This document shows, one piece after another, positions 37,095-46,462 of a stretch of DNA of 64,000 nt. Positions within the stretch are counted from its first letter, which is position 1, and every line of letters starts with the position of its first letter. Made by a program: the position numbers and the translations under genes. This stretch comes from Myxococcota bacterium (GTDB lineage: Bacteria > Myxococcota_A > UBA9160 > JAFDDA01). The DNA lies in contig OZ245817.1 in NCBI GenBank assembly GCA_965228475.1, positions 896,001 through 960,000 on the forward strand. Direction: 5' to 3'. A model generated the notes under the pieces. The model was not told the origin of the DNA and searched no databases. It was given only the letters and a program-made list of their open reading frames with translations.

Positions 37095-38735
37095 ATGCGC
37101 GTGGCGCTCGCCCAACTGAACCCGACCGTCGGCGACCTGGCCGGCAACCGCCGCCTCATCGAGGAGGCCGCGGCCAAGGCGGCAGCGGCCGGCGCCGAGG
37201 TGCTGGTCGCCCCGGAGCTCGCCCTGACCGGCTACCCGCCGATGGATCTGCTCGAGCGCGACGGCTTCGTGCGCGACCAGCTGCGCGAGCTCGAGACCCT
37301 CGCCGAGAGCTCGAAGCGCATCGACCTCGTCGTGGGCGCCGTGGTGCCCCACGAGGGCGCGGGGCCGAAGTCCGTCGTGAACGCGGCGGTCGTGCTCTCG
37401 GGCGGGCGGCGCGTGGCCTCCCGCGCGAAGTCGCTGCTGCCGAGCTACGACGTCTTCGACGAGAAGCGCTACTTCGCGCCCGCCGAGCGCCGCGAGCCGG
37501 TGCCGCTCTCCGGGCAAAGTCTCGGTCTCACGGTGTGCGAAGACGTCTGGGTCGACGAGCAGACCTACCGCGTGGACCCGGTCGGCGAGCTGGTCGCGGG
37601 CGGGGCGGAGATCGTGCTCAACCTCTCGTGCTCCCCCTGGCGACACGACAAGCCCGAGATTCGGCGCGGCGTCGTCGGCGAGCTGGCGCACCGCCACGGG
37701 GTGCCGATCGTCTACGTGAACCAGCTCGGCGGAAACGACGAGCTGATCTTCGACGGCGGCTCCTTCGTCGCGGAGGCCGACGGCCGCATCCGCTGCCAGC
37801 TCCCGCTGTTCGAGCCGGCGCTCGAGGTCGTCGACCTCGAGTCTCCGTCCCGCGCCGTGGCGCCGGGCGAGGTGCCGGAGCCCGAGCGCATCGCCCAGCT
37901 CGAATCCGCCCTCGTGCTCGGCATCGGCGACTACTTCCGCAAGCAGGGTCTCCCGCCCGGGGCCGTGATCGGCCTTTCGGGCGGCATCGACTCGGCGGTG
38001 ACGGCCGACCTCGCGGTGAAGGCGCTCGGCGCGGACCGGGTCGTCGGCATCGCGATGCCCGGGCCGTTCTCCTCGGACCACAGCGTCGACGACGCACGCG
38101 CGCTCGCGGAAAACCTCGGCATCGAGCTCCGCATCGCGCCGATCGCGCCCATGTACGACGCGTACCGGGACGCCTTCGCCGGCCTCTTCGGCGAACGCGA
38201 CGACTACGGGCTCACGCAGCAGAACATCCAGTCGCGCATCCGCGGCGCGCTCCTGATGGCCGTGTCGAACGACGAGAATCGCCTGGTGCTCGCGACGGGG
38301 AACAAGAGCGAACTCTCGATCGGCTACTGCACGCTCTACGGCGACACGGTCGGCGGCCTGTGCGTGCTCGGCGACGTGTACAAGCACGACGTCTACGCCC
38401 TGGCTCGCCACGCCAACCGCGACGGCGTGCGCGTGCCCGAGAACACGATCGACAAGCCGCCTTCCGCCGAGCTCGCTCCGGACCAGCTCGACACCGACGA
38501 TCTCCCGCCCTACGACGTGCTCGACGCCGTCCTGGCCCAGGCCGTCGAAGGCGAGCTCGGCGTCGACGCGATCACGCCGCCGCCGGGGGCCGACCGGGAG
38601 ACGGTGCGCCGCATCGTGACGCGCCTCGACCGCAACGAGTACAAGCGCCGTCAGGCGCCGCTCGTCCTGCGCGTCTCGGAGAAGGCGTTCGGGTCCGGCC
38701 GGCGGCTGCCGATCGTCCATCGCTACGCGGATTGA
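37095..38735 (+). CDS. nadE: Glutamine-dependent NAD+ synthetase
   Basis: Nitrilase-like N-domain (PELALTGYPP, FDEKRYF, VCEDVW) plus GLSGGIDS, NIQSRIRG, TGNKSE, PPSAEL, NEYKRRQ. Confidence 0.96.
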   Translation: MRVALAQLNPTVGDLAGNRRLIEEAAAKAAAAGAEVLVAPELALTGYPPMDLLERDGFVRDQLRELETLAESSKRIDLVVGAVVPHEGAGPKSVVNAAVVLSGGRRVASRAKSLLPSYDVFDEKRYFAPAERREPVPLSGQSLGLTVCEDVWVDEQTYRVDPVGELVAGGAEIVLNLSCSPWRHDKPEIRRGVVGELAHRHGVPIVYVNQLGGNDELIFDGGSFVAEADGRIRCQLPLFEPALEVVDLESPSRAVAPGEVPEPERIAQLESALVLGIGDYFRKQGLPPGAVIGLSGGIDSAVTADLAVKALGADRVVGIAMPGPFSSDHSVDDARALAENLGIELRIAPIAPMYDAYRDAFAGLFGERDDYGLTQQNIQSRIRGALLMAVSNDENRLVLATGNKSELSIGYCTLYGDTVGGLCVLGDVYKHDVYALARHANRDGVRVPENTIDKPPSAELAPDQLDTDDLPPYDVLDAVLAQAVEGELGVDAITPPPGADRETVRRIVTRLDRNEYKRRQAPLVLRVSEKAFGSGRRLPIVHRYAD

Positions 38736-38765
38736 GGGGAGGGCGGCGCGGCCGCCGGGCGAGGC

Positions 38766-39230
38766 CTAGGCCGGCGGCGCTTCGCTGACCGCCTTCACGA
38801 GCTCGGCGCGCGGCCCGCGCGGGCCTTCCTGGACGACGTACTCGACGTTGTCGCCCTCGTTCAGCGAGTCGTACTCCGAGCCCCCGAGGCCCGAGCGGTG
38901 GAAGAAGACTTCCTTGCCGTCCTCGCCGCGGATGAACCCGAAGCCCCGATCGCGGACCATCTTCTTGATGCGGCCCTTGGACTTCGGCCCGCTCGGCATG
39001 GTGCGCGCGGCCGGCGCGCGGCGGCGCGAGCGCCCCTTGGGCTGACGGAACGCGCCGGTGAGCGCGAACTCCTGCTGGAACAGTCCGAAGGGAACCACGA
39101 GGTCTTCCATGTCGGAGGCGTCCGGCGAGAGCAGGACTTCCTCTTCGCCCGCGTCCACGATCGTGTAGCGAAGGCCCGTGTTCTTGTGGGTCACGCTGGA
39201 GCCCGGCTCCAGTTCTTCGAACGTCAACAT
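38766..39230 (-). CDS. Cold-shock domain protein with ~80-aa N-terminal extension
   Basis: C-terminal KGRIK...RGFGFI...VFFHRS...LNEGDNVEY...GPRGPRA. Confidence 0.85.
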   Translation of the reverse strand: MLTFEELEPGSSVTHKNTGLRYTIVDAGEEEVLLSPDASDMEDLVVPFGLFQQEFALTGAFRQPKGRSRRRAPAARTMPSGPKSKGRIKKMVRDRGFGFIRGEDGKEVFFHRSGLGGSEYDSLNEGDNVEYVVQEGPRGPRAELVKAVSEAPPA

Positions 39231-39376
39231 ACGAGACCTCGGATCGCGTTCTGGGGTGGGCAGGAAGAGCCCGGGAGCCGCGCACTATAGAAGATGGGGC
39301 CCCCGCGGGCAAATTCCCGGACGTCCCCTTCGCCGCGGCGCCGGGGGGCTTTCCCGCGGCGCTAGAGTCCGTCTCC

Positions 39377-40663
39377 ATGCGGCTCCCGGCGTCGTTTTCG
39401 TTGCTCGCTCTCGCGCTCGGCTGCGCGGCCGGACCGCCCGCGCCCGCGGGTGACGAGGGCCTTCGTGTCGGCACCCCCGGCGACTATGCACCCTTCAGCG
39501 TGGTGGGCGGGGCGGGCTTCCCCGCCGTCGACGGTTTCGACCTCGACGTCGCGCGCGCCTTCGCCGCCGACACCGGACGCGCGCTCACCCTTCACCGCTT
39601 CCTCTGGCGCGAACTCTCCGCCAACGTCCGGGCCGGAGCCTTCGACGTCGCCATGGGGGGCGTCACCGTTCGCCCGGAGCGGTCGGTGATCGGGCGCTTC
39701 AGCGTGCCGGTCGCCGAGAGCGGTGCGGTCGTCCTGGCCCCCGCGGCGCGGGCCGCGGGCGGGCTCGCAGCCCTCGATCGGGCCGGGGTCACGCTCGGCG
39801 TGAATCGCGGCGGGCACCTCGAGCGCGTCGCGCGCAGGCGCTTTCCGCAGGCGCGCCTCGAGACGTTCCCCGAGAACGACGCCGTCCGCCGCGCGCTCGC
39901 GGCCGGCCGCGTCGATGCGATCGTCACCGACACCATGGAGGCGCCGCACTGGCAGCGGACCCTGCCCGGCGTGGTGCCGCTCGGCCCCTTCACCCGGGAC
40001 CGCAAGGCCTACCTCTGGGCGCCTCCCTTCGACGAGCGAGCGGCCCAGGCCCTCGATGCCTGGCTGCTCGCCCGGGAGGCCCGCGGTTGGCTGGCGGAGC
40101 GGCGCGCGGAGCACATGGGTGCTGCGGGCCGCCCCACGGCGACCGCGGAGGCCGCCCTGACCGCGGCGGTCGGCGAACGCCTCGCCCTCATGCCGTTGGT
40201 GGCGGAAGCCAAGCGCGGTCGCGGGGGCGGCGTCCGCGATGCGGCCCGCGAACGGCGTGTTCTCGAAGCGGCCTGGCGCGCGGTCGCGCGCGAGGCCGCC
40301 GCCCTGGGCGTGGCGCCACCCGAGCGCGGCGACGTCGAGGCCTTCTACCGCGCCCAGATCGAGCTGGCCGTGGAGGTGCAGCGCCGGGCTCTCGAGGGGG
40401 TGGCCCCCGGCGGAGAGCGCTTCCGGCTGGCCGAGGATCTGAGGCCCGCCCTGTTGCGCGTCGGCGATCGGATCGCCTGGCTGCTCGTGCGCCTCGAGCG
40501 GGCCCCGGCGCCGGAGCAGGTCCACGCCGAGCTCGAGCGCTTCGCGGTTCGCCCGGAATCTGCCGCCCGGCTGGTGCGCGCCCTCGAAAGGCTCGTTCAG
40601 GGGCGGGTGAAGGCGCGCGCCAGCAGTCCGGCGATCACCGGCAGGATGATCGAGACCCCGTAG
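39377..40663 (+). CDS. Cyclohexadienyl dehydratase-like SBP domain fused to a chorismate mutase-like domain, probable lipoprotein
   Basis: Lipobox ALGC; LRVGTPGDYAPFS, FDVAMGGVT, NRGG, IVTDTME, PFT..KAY (PheC-like); ERLALMPLVAEAK...VRDAARE...AQIE...LRPAL (AroQ-like). Confidence 0.8.
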   Translation: MRLPASFSLLALALGCAAGPPAPAGDEGLRVGTPGDYAPFSVVGGAGFPAVDGFDLDVARAFAADTGRALTLHRFLWRELSANVRAGAFDVAMGGVTVRPERSVIGRFSVPVAESGAVVLAPAARAAGGLAALDRAGVTLGVNRGGHLERVARRRFPQARLETFPENDAVRRALAAGRVDAIVTDTMEAPHWQRTLPGVVPLGPFTRDRKAYLWAPPFDERAAQALDAWLLAREARGWLAERRAEHMGAAGRPTATAEAALTAAVGERLALMPLVAEAKRGRGGGVRDAARERRVLEAAWRAVAREAAALGVAPPERGDVEAFYRAQIELAVEVQRRALEGVAPGGERFRLAEDLRPALLRVGDRIAWLLVRLERAPAPEQVHAELERFAVRPESAARLVRALERLVQGRVKARASSPAITGRMIETP

Positions 40664-41124
40664 CGAAGCGCCGTCATGCGCGGGCCGAGGATCGGGAGCT
40701 CCCAGGCCAGGGCGCGGTGTACCGCGAGCAGGGACCAGCCCGTCAGGAAGGCGACCACGGGGCCGACGCCGGCCCCCGCCCGGATCATCACCGCGGCGAT
40801 CGGCATCGCCACGAAGGGCCCGGCCGGTGTGAGCGCGCCGACGCCCGTTCCGATCAGGATCCCCCGCAGGCCCGAGCCCTCACCGAGGGTTCGGCTCACC
40901 CACTCGTGCGGGACGAGCACTTCGGCGAGCCCCGCCGCGAGGAAGGAGACGACGAGCAGGGCGCTGTAGCGCACCAAGAGCTGTGCGCCGCCCGAGAGCC
41001 CGGTGCGCAGGAGCTCCGGTCCGCCGGTTCGCCACGCGAGGAAGGCCAGGCCGACCAGGGCCAACAACAGGATGAAGAAGACCGTGTCGATCAACGGGCG
41101 TGCTCCCGAAGTAGGGTTCGGCAT
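40597..41124 (-). CDS. Permease (DUF318/ArsP-like)
   Basis: Multi-TM, GALTPAGPFVAMP, VAFLTGWS, WELPILG. ATG overlaps the upstream TGA. Confidence 0.75.
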   Translation of the reverse strand: MPNPTSGARPLIDTVFFILLLALVGLAFLAWRTGGPELLRTGLSGGAQLLVRYSALLVVSFLAAGLAEVLVPHEWVSRTLGEGSGLRGILIGTGVGALTPAGPFVAMPIAAVMIRAGAGVGPVVAFLTGWSLLAVHRALAWELPILGPRMTALRYGVSIILPVIAGLLARAFTRP

Positions 41125-42083
41125 CAGTAGAAGGGGGTGCGCGTTCGATGGCGCGGGCGGGCCTTGATGGCGGGGGACTGGCCGCGGTTCCAGAGCCATC
41201 CGTCGAGGTCCGAGGCGGTGGTCGGGACGCCGCGCGCGGCCATCCGCTCGACCATGCGCTCCACGGCGACCACCCCCGCCGCGCGGATCTCGACCTCTTC
41301 CGGAGAGCCCGCCGGAATGAGCTCCTCCGCATCGATGCGTGCCGCGAGATCTTCGGTGTAGTGCAGGACGCCTTCCATGCGCAGGACGTGGGGGACGAGG
41401 TTGTCGGCGAAGCTCGTCAGGCGTTCGAGTCCGCCGAGGCGTTGGCGCTGCTCGCCGATGTCCGCCGCGGCGAGGTCCGCGACCGTGAGCTGCGCGCGCT
41501 TGAAGAAGGGAACCTCGAGATCCTCGTAGCGGGCGACGTCGCGGTAGAGCGGCATCGTTCCGAGGAGTTCGGCGATGCGCTCCGCCGAGCCGTCTCCTTC
41601 GGCGAGCGGCCCGGCGAAGCGGCCGCCGTAGCGCTCCGTCAGGAACGCGCCGAGCTCGTTCCACGCCTGCGCGAAGAGGGTCATGAGCTCGGCCGGTTCG
41701 GCCCGCGTGAGGTCCTGATCGAAGATCTCGGCGCAGTCCTCGGGCTGGAGGCGCGAGAGCCGAGCGGCGGAGAAGGGGCCGTCGCGATCGAAGCGTTCTT
41801 TCAGCGAGGTCGCGATCGTGAAGTAGCCCGAGAGGCCGGGCCGCTTGCGCAGGTGCGGGAACCAGCCGGAGCCGAAGTTCACCGCGCCGAGCGTGACGAC
41901 GAAGGCGAGACAGTCCTGGGGTTCCCCGGTGAAGTGGTGCGCGGGGTCCGGCGGGGCGGTGGGCGGGGGCTTGCCGTCGAAGGCGTCGGCCAGGGTCTCG
42001 AGGGCTTCGTCGTCGAGCCGGACGAACCGGGCGCGCTCGCACACCGCTGCCGTGGCAGATCGGATGCGTTCGCCGAGGGTCAC
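41124..42083 (-). CDS. Queuosine salvage protein (DUF2419/Qng1-like)
   Basis: AVNFGSGWF, YRDV...FFKRAQL, LTSFADNLVPHVL, EVEIRA, LDGWLW, HRTRTPFY. Confidence 0.88.
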   Translation of the reverse strand: MTLGERIRSATAAVCERARFVRLDDEALETLADAFDGKPPPTAPPDPAHHFTGEPQDCLAFVVTLGAVNFGSGWFPHLRKRPGLSGYFTIATSLKERFDRDGPFSAARLSRLQPEDCAEIFDQDLTRAEPAELMTLFAQAWNELGAFLTERYGGRFAGPLAEGDGSAERIAELLGTMPLYRDVARYEDLEVPFFKRAQLTVADLAAADIGEQRQRLGGLERLTSFADNLVPHVLRMEGVLHYTEDLAARIDAEELIPAGSPEEVEIRAAGVVAVERMVERMAARGVPTTASDLDGWLWNRGQSPAIKARPRHRTRTPFY

Positions 42084-43000
42084 GGGGTGACCACGCGCAG
42101 CGCCGAAGGCAGGATCTCGAAGCTCGCGTGCGCGGCCGGGAGGCACTCGCCATCGACGTCGAGGAGCAGCGGCCCCCGCGGCTCGAGGACGAGGCGCTGC
42201 CCGGTCCGGAAGATCACCTCGGGGCGGTCGAGATGGCGGCCCCGGTAGAGCTCAGGCATCGCCGAGAGGAGACGCCAGCGCGGGGCGCCCGGGATCACGA
42301 CGACGTCGAGCCGGCCGTCGTCGAGGCGGGCTTCCGGCGCGACGTGCATGCCGCCGCCGAAGTAGCGGCCGTTCGCCGCCGTCGCCAGGACGATCGGCCC
42401 GTCGTGCAGGACGTCGCCGTCGAGTGCGACGCGGCAGGGGACGTCCCGGTAGGTGAAGAGCGCGCGCAGGGTTCCGATCAGGAACGAGGCGGTGCCGCCG
42501 AGGCTCTTCGGCGCTTCGTTCACGAGCCGATCGACGCAGCCCGAGAGCCCGCCGCTCGCGATGTTCACGAAGTGGGTCCGGTGCGGGTCGCCCGCCGGAG
42601 TTCGCACGTCGAGGCGGCCGGCGTCGATGCGCCGCTCGCGCCCGGCGGCGATGGCCGCGGCCGCTTCGGGCACCCGGGGCGGCGTGCCGAGCGTGCGGCC
42701 GAGATCGCCCCCGGTTCCGAGGGGCAGGAAGGCCAGGCGCACGGCGTCGCCCGCGCCCGCGCCGAGCAGGCCGGCGACCACCTCGCTGGCCGTGCCGTCG
42801 CCTCCGGCCACGATCAGGGTCTCGGCCCCCGCGGTGACCGCTTCGCGCGCGATGCGTTCGGCGTCCCGGGGCCCGCGCGTCGCTTCGACCCGCAGCTCGC
42901 CGAGCCGCTCGCGCAGCGCGTCCTCGACCTGGCGGAATCGGCGGCCGGTCGCCCTGTTGCGGCTGGCGGGATTCACGATCACGACCGTGGGCGAGCCCAT
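42080..43000 (-). CDS. Diacylglycerol/lipid kinase family (YegS/DagK-like)
   Basis: IVNPAS, AGGDGT, LPLGTGGD, NGRYFGGGM, DDGRLDV, DVDGE. Confidence 0.92.
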   Translation of the reverse strand: MGSPTVVIVNPASRNRATGRRFRQVEDALRERLGELRVEATRGPRDAERIAREAVTAGAETLIVAGGDGTASEVVAGLLGAGAGDAVRLAFLPLGTGGDLGRTLGTPPRVPEAAAAIAAGRERRIDAGRLDVRTPAGDPHRTHFVNIASGGLSGCVDRLVNEAPKSLGGTASFLIGTLRALFTYRDVPCRVALDGDVLHDGPIVLATAANGRYFGGGMHVAPEARLDDGRLDVVVIPGAPRWRLLSAMPELYRGRHLDRPEVIFRTGQRLVLEPRGPLLLDVDGECLPAAHASFEILPSALRVVTP

Positions 43001-43024
43001 GGACGCAAGTTAGTGGAAGCGCGC

Positions 43025-43102
43025 GGAGCGGGTCAGGCCGTGCGGGGAGCGAATCTTGCCGCGCAGGGAACGAATCTTCCGCGCGAGGAGCGGGTCAGGC
43101 CG
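43025..43102. repeat. Compound direct repeats duplicating the glpD stop region
   Basis: ggagcgggtcaggccg at 43025 and 43087; internal cgaatctt(g)ccgcgc at 43050 and 43071. Confidence 0.85.
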
Positions 43103-44777
43103 CGCTGGCCGCGCTCTGCGGGCCGGCCTGGCCGGGCGCGATCTGGTAGCGGCGCGTGACGACCGCGCGGTACTCGGCGGCCTCCCGCGCGATGCGCTCC
43201 GGGCTCCAGCCCGCGGTCTCGCCCGCGAGGGCGGCGATGGCCGGCAGCTCCGGAAGCCCCTGGCCCACGGCGAAGAAGGCCATGCGGATGCGGTGTTCGA
43301 GAAGGTCGCTGAGCGTCACCGGGCATTCGGTGTTCACGACGAAGGGAATCTCCGCCCAGACGTAGCGGCTCGTGCCGATGCTCGTGCGCTGCTCGGCCGG
43401 CGCGGCTTCGAGCAGGGTCTGCGCATCGCGGCCGTAGGTCTGCACGAGGTGCCCGGCCGAGAGCGGCGAGAGGCCGTAGTCCTCGGTGAGGGCTTCGGCC
43501 AGGGCGCCGCCGTCGAAGGCGTCGTCGCGCAGGGGCAGGGTGCGGGTTCGCGAAGGGCCCGCGGCGCGGCGTCGCGTCTCCGGGAGCTTCGCCAGGGCGC
43601 GGTCCACGAGGGATTCGCCCATCGCGCGGTGGGTGGTGAGCTTCCCGCCCGCGGCCGAGACCAATCCCGATTCGTCCTCGTAGATCTGGTGCTCGCGGGA
43701 CACCGAGCTCGGCGGAACCGATGCGTCCTGCGCGGCGACGAGCGGGCGGACGCCCGCGTAGACGCTCACGATGTCGTTGGTCGTGAGGGTCACGCCCGGG
43801 AAGGCGGCGTTGGCCGCCGCGAGGAGGTAGTGGACCTCCTCGATCGTGACGACGGGCTCGTCGATCTCTTCGGTGAAGTCGTCGGTGGTCCCGATCAGGG
43901 CCAGGTCGTCCCAGGGCGCGAGGAACATGTGCCGCCCGTCGGCGGCGTCGAAGGTCACGGCTCCCTCGCAGCGCACGCGATCGCCGCGGATCACGAGGTG
44001 GACGCCCTTGGCCGGCCGCAGCTCCGTCTGCGGGAGCGGATGGTCGAAGCCGCGCACGCGTTCGAGGCCGGGTCCGACGGCGTTCACGACGGCGTGGGCC
44101 CGCACGCGGTGGGTCGTGCCCGTGGTGCGGTCGTGGACGGTGGCGCCACGGACCCGGCCGCCCTCGTGGAGGAGCGCGGTGACCTCGGCGTGGTTCACGG
44201 CTTCGGCGCCGAGCGCCCGCGCGCTGCGGACGGTCTCGAGGACGAGACGGGCGTCGTCCGCCTGGCCATCGTGGTAGACGGCGGCCGTGCGGAAACCCTC
44301 GCGCTTGAAGTCCGGGGAGAAGGCATGGGCCTGCTCGGCACCGAGTAGCCGGAAGCGCGCGCTCTTGCGGAACCCCGCCATTGCCCAGTAGGTGAGCATG
44401 GCGGCGCGCACCTGCCAGGCCGGGACCTTGCCGCCGGCGAAGCTCGAGAAGAGGAACGGCGTCATGCGTACGAGGTTCGGATGCAGGGCCACGAGCCGGT
44501 CGCGCTCGCGGCAGGCCTCGGCCGTCACGCGGAACTGGCCCTCCCCGAGGTAGCGCAGGCCGCCGTGGATCATCTTGGAGGAGCGGCTCGACGTCCCGGA
44601 AGCGAAGTCCGCGCGCTCGACGAGCAGGCATCGCAGTCCGCGCGAGGCCGCGTCGCGCAGCACCGCGGCGCCGGTGATTCCGCCGCCGATCACGAGGAGG
44701 TCGTAGGGCTCCGGCGCGCGCCCGGCCTCTTCGAGCGCGCGCGTGCGCCCGGCCTCGTTCCAGGGGGCCGCGCTCAA
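43095..44777 (-). CDS. glpD: FAD-dependent glycerol-3-phosphate dehydrogenase/oxidase
   Basis: IGGGITG, DFASGTSSRSSKMIHGGLRYL, DDARL, KGVHL, IGTTD, AGVRPL, GGKLTTHRAM. Confidence 0.93.
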   Translation of the reverse strand: MSAAPWNEAGRTRALEEAGRAPEPYDLLVIGGGITGAAVLRDAASRGLRCLLVERADFASGTSSRSSKMIHGGLRYLGEGQFRVTAEACRERDRLVALHPNLVRMTPFLFSSFAGGKVPAWQVRAAMLTYWAMAGFRKSARFRLLGAEQAHAFSPDFKREGFRTAAVYHDGQADDARLVLETVRSARALGAEAVNHAEVTALLHEGGRVRGATVHDRTTGTTHRVRAHAVVNAVGPGLERVRGFDHPLPQTELRPAKGVHLVIRGDRVRCEGAVTFDAADGRHMFLAPWDDLALIGTTDDFTEEIDEPVVTIEEVHYLLAAANAAFPGVTLTTNDIVSVYAGVRPLVAAQDASVPPSSVSREHQIYEDESGLVSAAGGKLTTHRAMGESLVDRALAKLPETRRRAAGPSRTRTLPLRDDAFDGGALAEALTEDYGLSPLSAGHLVQTYGRDAQTLLEAAPAEQRTSIGTSRYVWAEIPFVVNTECPVTLSDLLEHRIRMAFFAVGQGLPELPAIAALAGETAGWSPERIAREAAEYRAVVTRRYQIAPGQAGPQSAASAA

Positions 44778-45553
44778 CGGGACGTTCCGTCCGGGCCCGC
44801 GGCGGCCGCACCGCCTCCGATCACGCCGGCGGCTTCGAGCCGCGCGGCCTCGTCGAGGATCGCGCGCTCGCTGTACTCGAGCATCACTTCGAGGATCTCG
44901 CGGGCGCGCACCGGGTCGCGGGCTTCGAGGGCGTCGAGGAGCCGGCGGTGTGTCGCCTGGGAACGCCGGAAGTCGCGCTTCTCGTTGTAGTAGAGCGGGC
45001 CGAGCCGGCGCAGGAGCTTCGTGAAGAGGTTCGTCACGACCCGGTACATGAGGTTGCCGCTGGCTTCGCCGAGCAGGCGGTTCATCTCGACGTCGAGGGC
45101 GAGGGCGCGCGCCGGGTCGCTGCCTTCCTCGCCTTCGCGCTCGAGCAGCGCCCGGGCGTGGGCGACCTGTTCGTCCGTGCGCTCCGTCGCCGCCAGTTCG
45201 ACCACGCGCAGCACGATGTCGCGCCGGAACTGGAGCGTCTGGCGCAGGAGGTCCGTCGTGATGAGGCGCGGCTCGTCGAGGAGCGCGTCCACGATCCCGA
45301 GGGCCGAGGAGTCCGCGGCGCCTCGCACGAAGGTGCCCTGGCCGTGGCGGACCGCCACGAGCTCGAGCCCCTGGAGCCGCTTCACCGCTTCGCGGACCGA
45401 GCCGCGGTTCACGCCGAGGCGGGCCGCCAGCTCGCGCTCGTTCGGCAGGCGCTCGCCCGCGGGAATGGCGCCCGAGAGGATCTGGCTCCGGAGCTGTTCG
45501 AAGACGCTGCTGCTGCGGCTCGGGGCATCCAGGCGCTGGAGGTCGAGGCTCAT
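44774..45553 (-). CDS. FadR/GntR-family transcriptional regulator
   Basis: GERLPNERELAARLGVNRGSVREA...RHGQGTFV wHTH plus FCD-like C-terminus. Confidence 0.92.
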   Translation of the reverse strand: MSLDLQRLDAPSRSSSVFEQLRSQILSGAIPAGERLPNERELAARLGVNRGSVREAVKRLQGLELVAVRHGQGTFVRGAADSSALGIVDALLDEPRLITTDLLRQTLQFRRDIVLRVVELAATERTDEQVAHARALLEREGEEGSDPARALALDVEMNRLLGEASGNLMYRVVTNLFTKLLRRLGPLYYNEKRDFRRSQATHRRLLDALEARDPVRAREILEVMLEYSERAILDEAARLEAAGVIGGGAAAAGPDGTSR

Positions 45554-45631
45554 CGGGATTCCTTCGGGTTGGGCCGTTTCCGGCCCGTGGCTTCCGCTCC
45601 GGGAACCGCGGCAGCCTAGCACGGGGGTCCG

Positions 45632-45645
45632 AGGTCCGACCACTT
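45632..45645. promoter_or_regulatory. Putative FadR-family operator
   Basis: Minus strand AAGTGGTCGGACCT matches the FadR box TGGTCNGACCA, just upstream of a TAGGCT -10 for the regulator gene. Confidence 0.6.
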
Positions 45646-45689
45646 CCGAATCCACAAGAAGATCAAGGGTTTCCCGCTATGCTCGCCGC

Positions 45690-46415
45690 GTGATTCGCCG
45701 CCTCTGGGAGCGCTACACGCGGGAGATCCTGCTCGTCGGGGTCCTGGTCCTGCTCGTCCTCGGGCGGCTCGTGGCGAGCCGGCTCGGCATCGAATGGAAT
45801 GCGGAGTCGGTGCGCGAGCTCGTGCTCGGTCTCGGAGGCTGGGGGCCGGTGCTCTTCGTCGCGCTCGTGACCTTCCGGCAGATCACCCTGATCCCCTCGC
45901 AGATCCTGCTCGTCGCGGGCGGCCTGTGCTTCGGCGTCGCGGCCGGCACCGTCTACGGCGCGATCGGCATCGCCGCTTCGGCGACGATGGTCTTCCTGCT
46001 CGCGCGCTACGCCGGCAAGGACGCCATGCTCGCGCGCGTTCCCCAGGAGATGCGCCCGCTGCTCGACGCCGCGGGGCGCCGCGCCGGCCCCGCGCTGGTC
46101 GCCGTCGGGACGGGCTACCCGGTCGGACCGCTCACCGCCTACCACATCGGTGCGGGCATCACGTCCATGTCGCTCGGGGCCTTCGTCGCCGCGGTTTCGA
46201 TCGGGGGCCTCATCCGCGGGCTCGTCTTCACGACGCTCGGCAGCGCCCTCATGGAGGGCATGGGAAAGCAGTTGCTCCTGGCCGGGTTGCTGCTGCTGCT
46301 TGCCGCCACGCTGCCGCTCGCCTCGCCGCGTGCACGCCGTTGGCTGCTCGGCAGCTCGGGCGCGGCGGATCCGGAAGAGAAGCCCGAGAGCCCCTCCGAA
46401 GAGGATCGAGCCTAA
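45690..46415 (+). CDS. TVP38/TMEM64 (VTT/DedA-like) membrane protein
   Basis: WGPVLFV, LIPSQILLVAGGLCFG, FLLARYAG. GTG 6 nt after TATGCT. Confidence 0.85.
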   Translation: MIRRLWERYTREILLVGVLVLLVLGRLVASRLGIEWNAESVRELVLGLGGWGPVLFVALVTFRQITLIPSQILLVAGGLCFGVAAGTVYGAIGIAASATMVFLLARYAGKDAMLARVPQEMRPLLDAAGRRAGPALVAVGTGYPVGPLTAYHIGAGITSMSLGAFVAAVSIGGLIRGLVFTTLGSALMEGMGKQLLLAGLLLLLAATLPLASPRARRWLLGSSGAADPEEKPESPSEEDRA

Positions 46416-46440
46416 GGAGGGCAGCGAGAGCCGTCGATGT
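46413..46440 (+). promoter_or_regulatory. Putative sigma28-like promoter for the 7TM-PAS gene
   Basis: TAAG-N16-GTCGATGT. Confidence 0.4.
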
Positions 46441-46462
46441 ACGGGGGGCCGAAGGACGCCCG

